Source: a virus. From it: a stretch of 64,000 nt of DNA. The notes beneath the pieces are model-generated. The model did no database searches and was not told where the DNA came from. It was given only the letters and a program-made list of their open reading frames with translations. Position numbers and translations under genes: made by a program. Location: positions 62 to 64,061 of IMG/VR virus record IMGVR_UViG_2884683641_000001. The stretch is one strand, 5' to 3'. Position 1 is the stretch's first letter, and each line of letters starts with the position of its first letter. Shown in pieces: positions 63,775 through 64,000 of this stretch.

Positions 63775-64000
63775 AGCAACCCAATCTGCACATCTGGCGC
63801 CGGCGTTTCCGGCTCAGCCTTCTTCGCCCGCGGCGGCACCGGAAATTCCCAGGTGCGCATCAGCTCGGCCGGGTAGTGCCGCAGGAAGCTGCGCGCATAC
63901 TCGGGATCGCTGCAGTTCAGCCAGTCATCCCATTCTGTGTGTGGCACGATCACCAGCGCGCGTTTCTCATCGCCCGGCTTGTGGAAGCGCCGCATCAGCG
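63771..64000 (-). CDS. SOS-response-associated peptidase (SRAP/YedK) C-terminus, partial
   Basis: MRRFHKPGDEKRALVIV...DDWL; open to the window edge. Confidence 0.8.
   Translation of the reverse strand, partial: LMRRFHKPGDEKRALVIVPHTEWDDWLNCSDPEYARSFLRHYPAELMRTWEFPVPPRAKKAEPETPAPDVQIGLL

Larger units (their letters stand above)
1..64000. mobile_element. Lambdoid siphovirus prophage (interior; both boundaries and the integrase lie outside the window)
   Basis: Colinear modules: recombination, cI/cro, replication, Q, terminase, portal, capsid, tail, lysis. Many ATGA/GTGA-coupled genes. Confidence 0.97.

Noticed and set aside
1-64000. CRISPR array, integrase, att sites, IS elements, reverse transcriptase/DGR
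   Set aside because: No regularly spaced repeats, no recombinase, transposase or RT motifs, and no long duplicated segment noticed by eye; the prophage ends are outside the window.

Overview
The whole 64 kb window is the interior of one temperate, lambdoid-organised siphovirus prophage. It is GC-rich, and the PEP-CTERM and DUF4214-like modules suggest a Betaproteobacteria/Oxalobacteraceae-type host (inference). No integrase or att site is visible; both ends run off the window. Order from left to right: (i) leftward early arm with RdgC, NinB, KTSC, YqaJ exonuclease, ERF recombinase and many small ORFs; (ii) a pL leader containing degenerate tRNA-like RNAs; (iii) OL/pL; (iv) about 4.5 kb of cargo between OL and cI (PEP-CTERM protein, LexA-boxed Rha-like regulator, RelE-like toxin with an unusual partner, three genes downstream of cI); (v) cI/OR/cro; (vi) rightward early arm with a C5 methyltransferase, NinG, a helicase-methyltransferase fusion, O/DnaC-like replication genes and Q; (vii) a largely non-coding, structured late leader with tRNA-Tyr; (viii) terminase, portal, head and tail genes, with a -1 frameshift chaperone and a 1826-aa tape measure protein; (ix) a lysis cassette with a membrane-domain/transglycosylase fusion; (x) right-end morons (thymidylate kinase, YodC-like, SRAP). 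Several AT-richer antisense morons are defence candidates, notably a Lit-like HExxH protease and a multi-TM protein. All family calls come from motif recognition by eye; no searches or folding programs were run.
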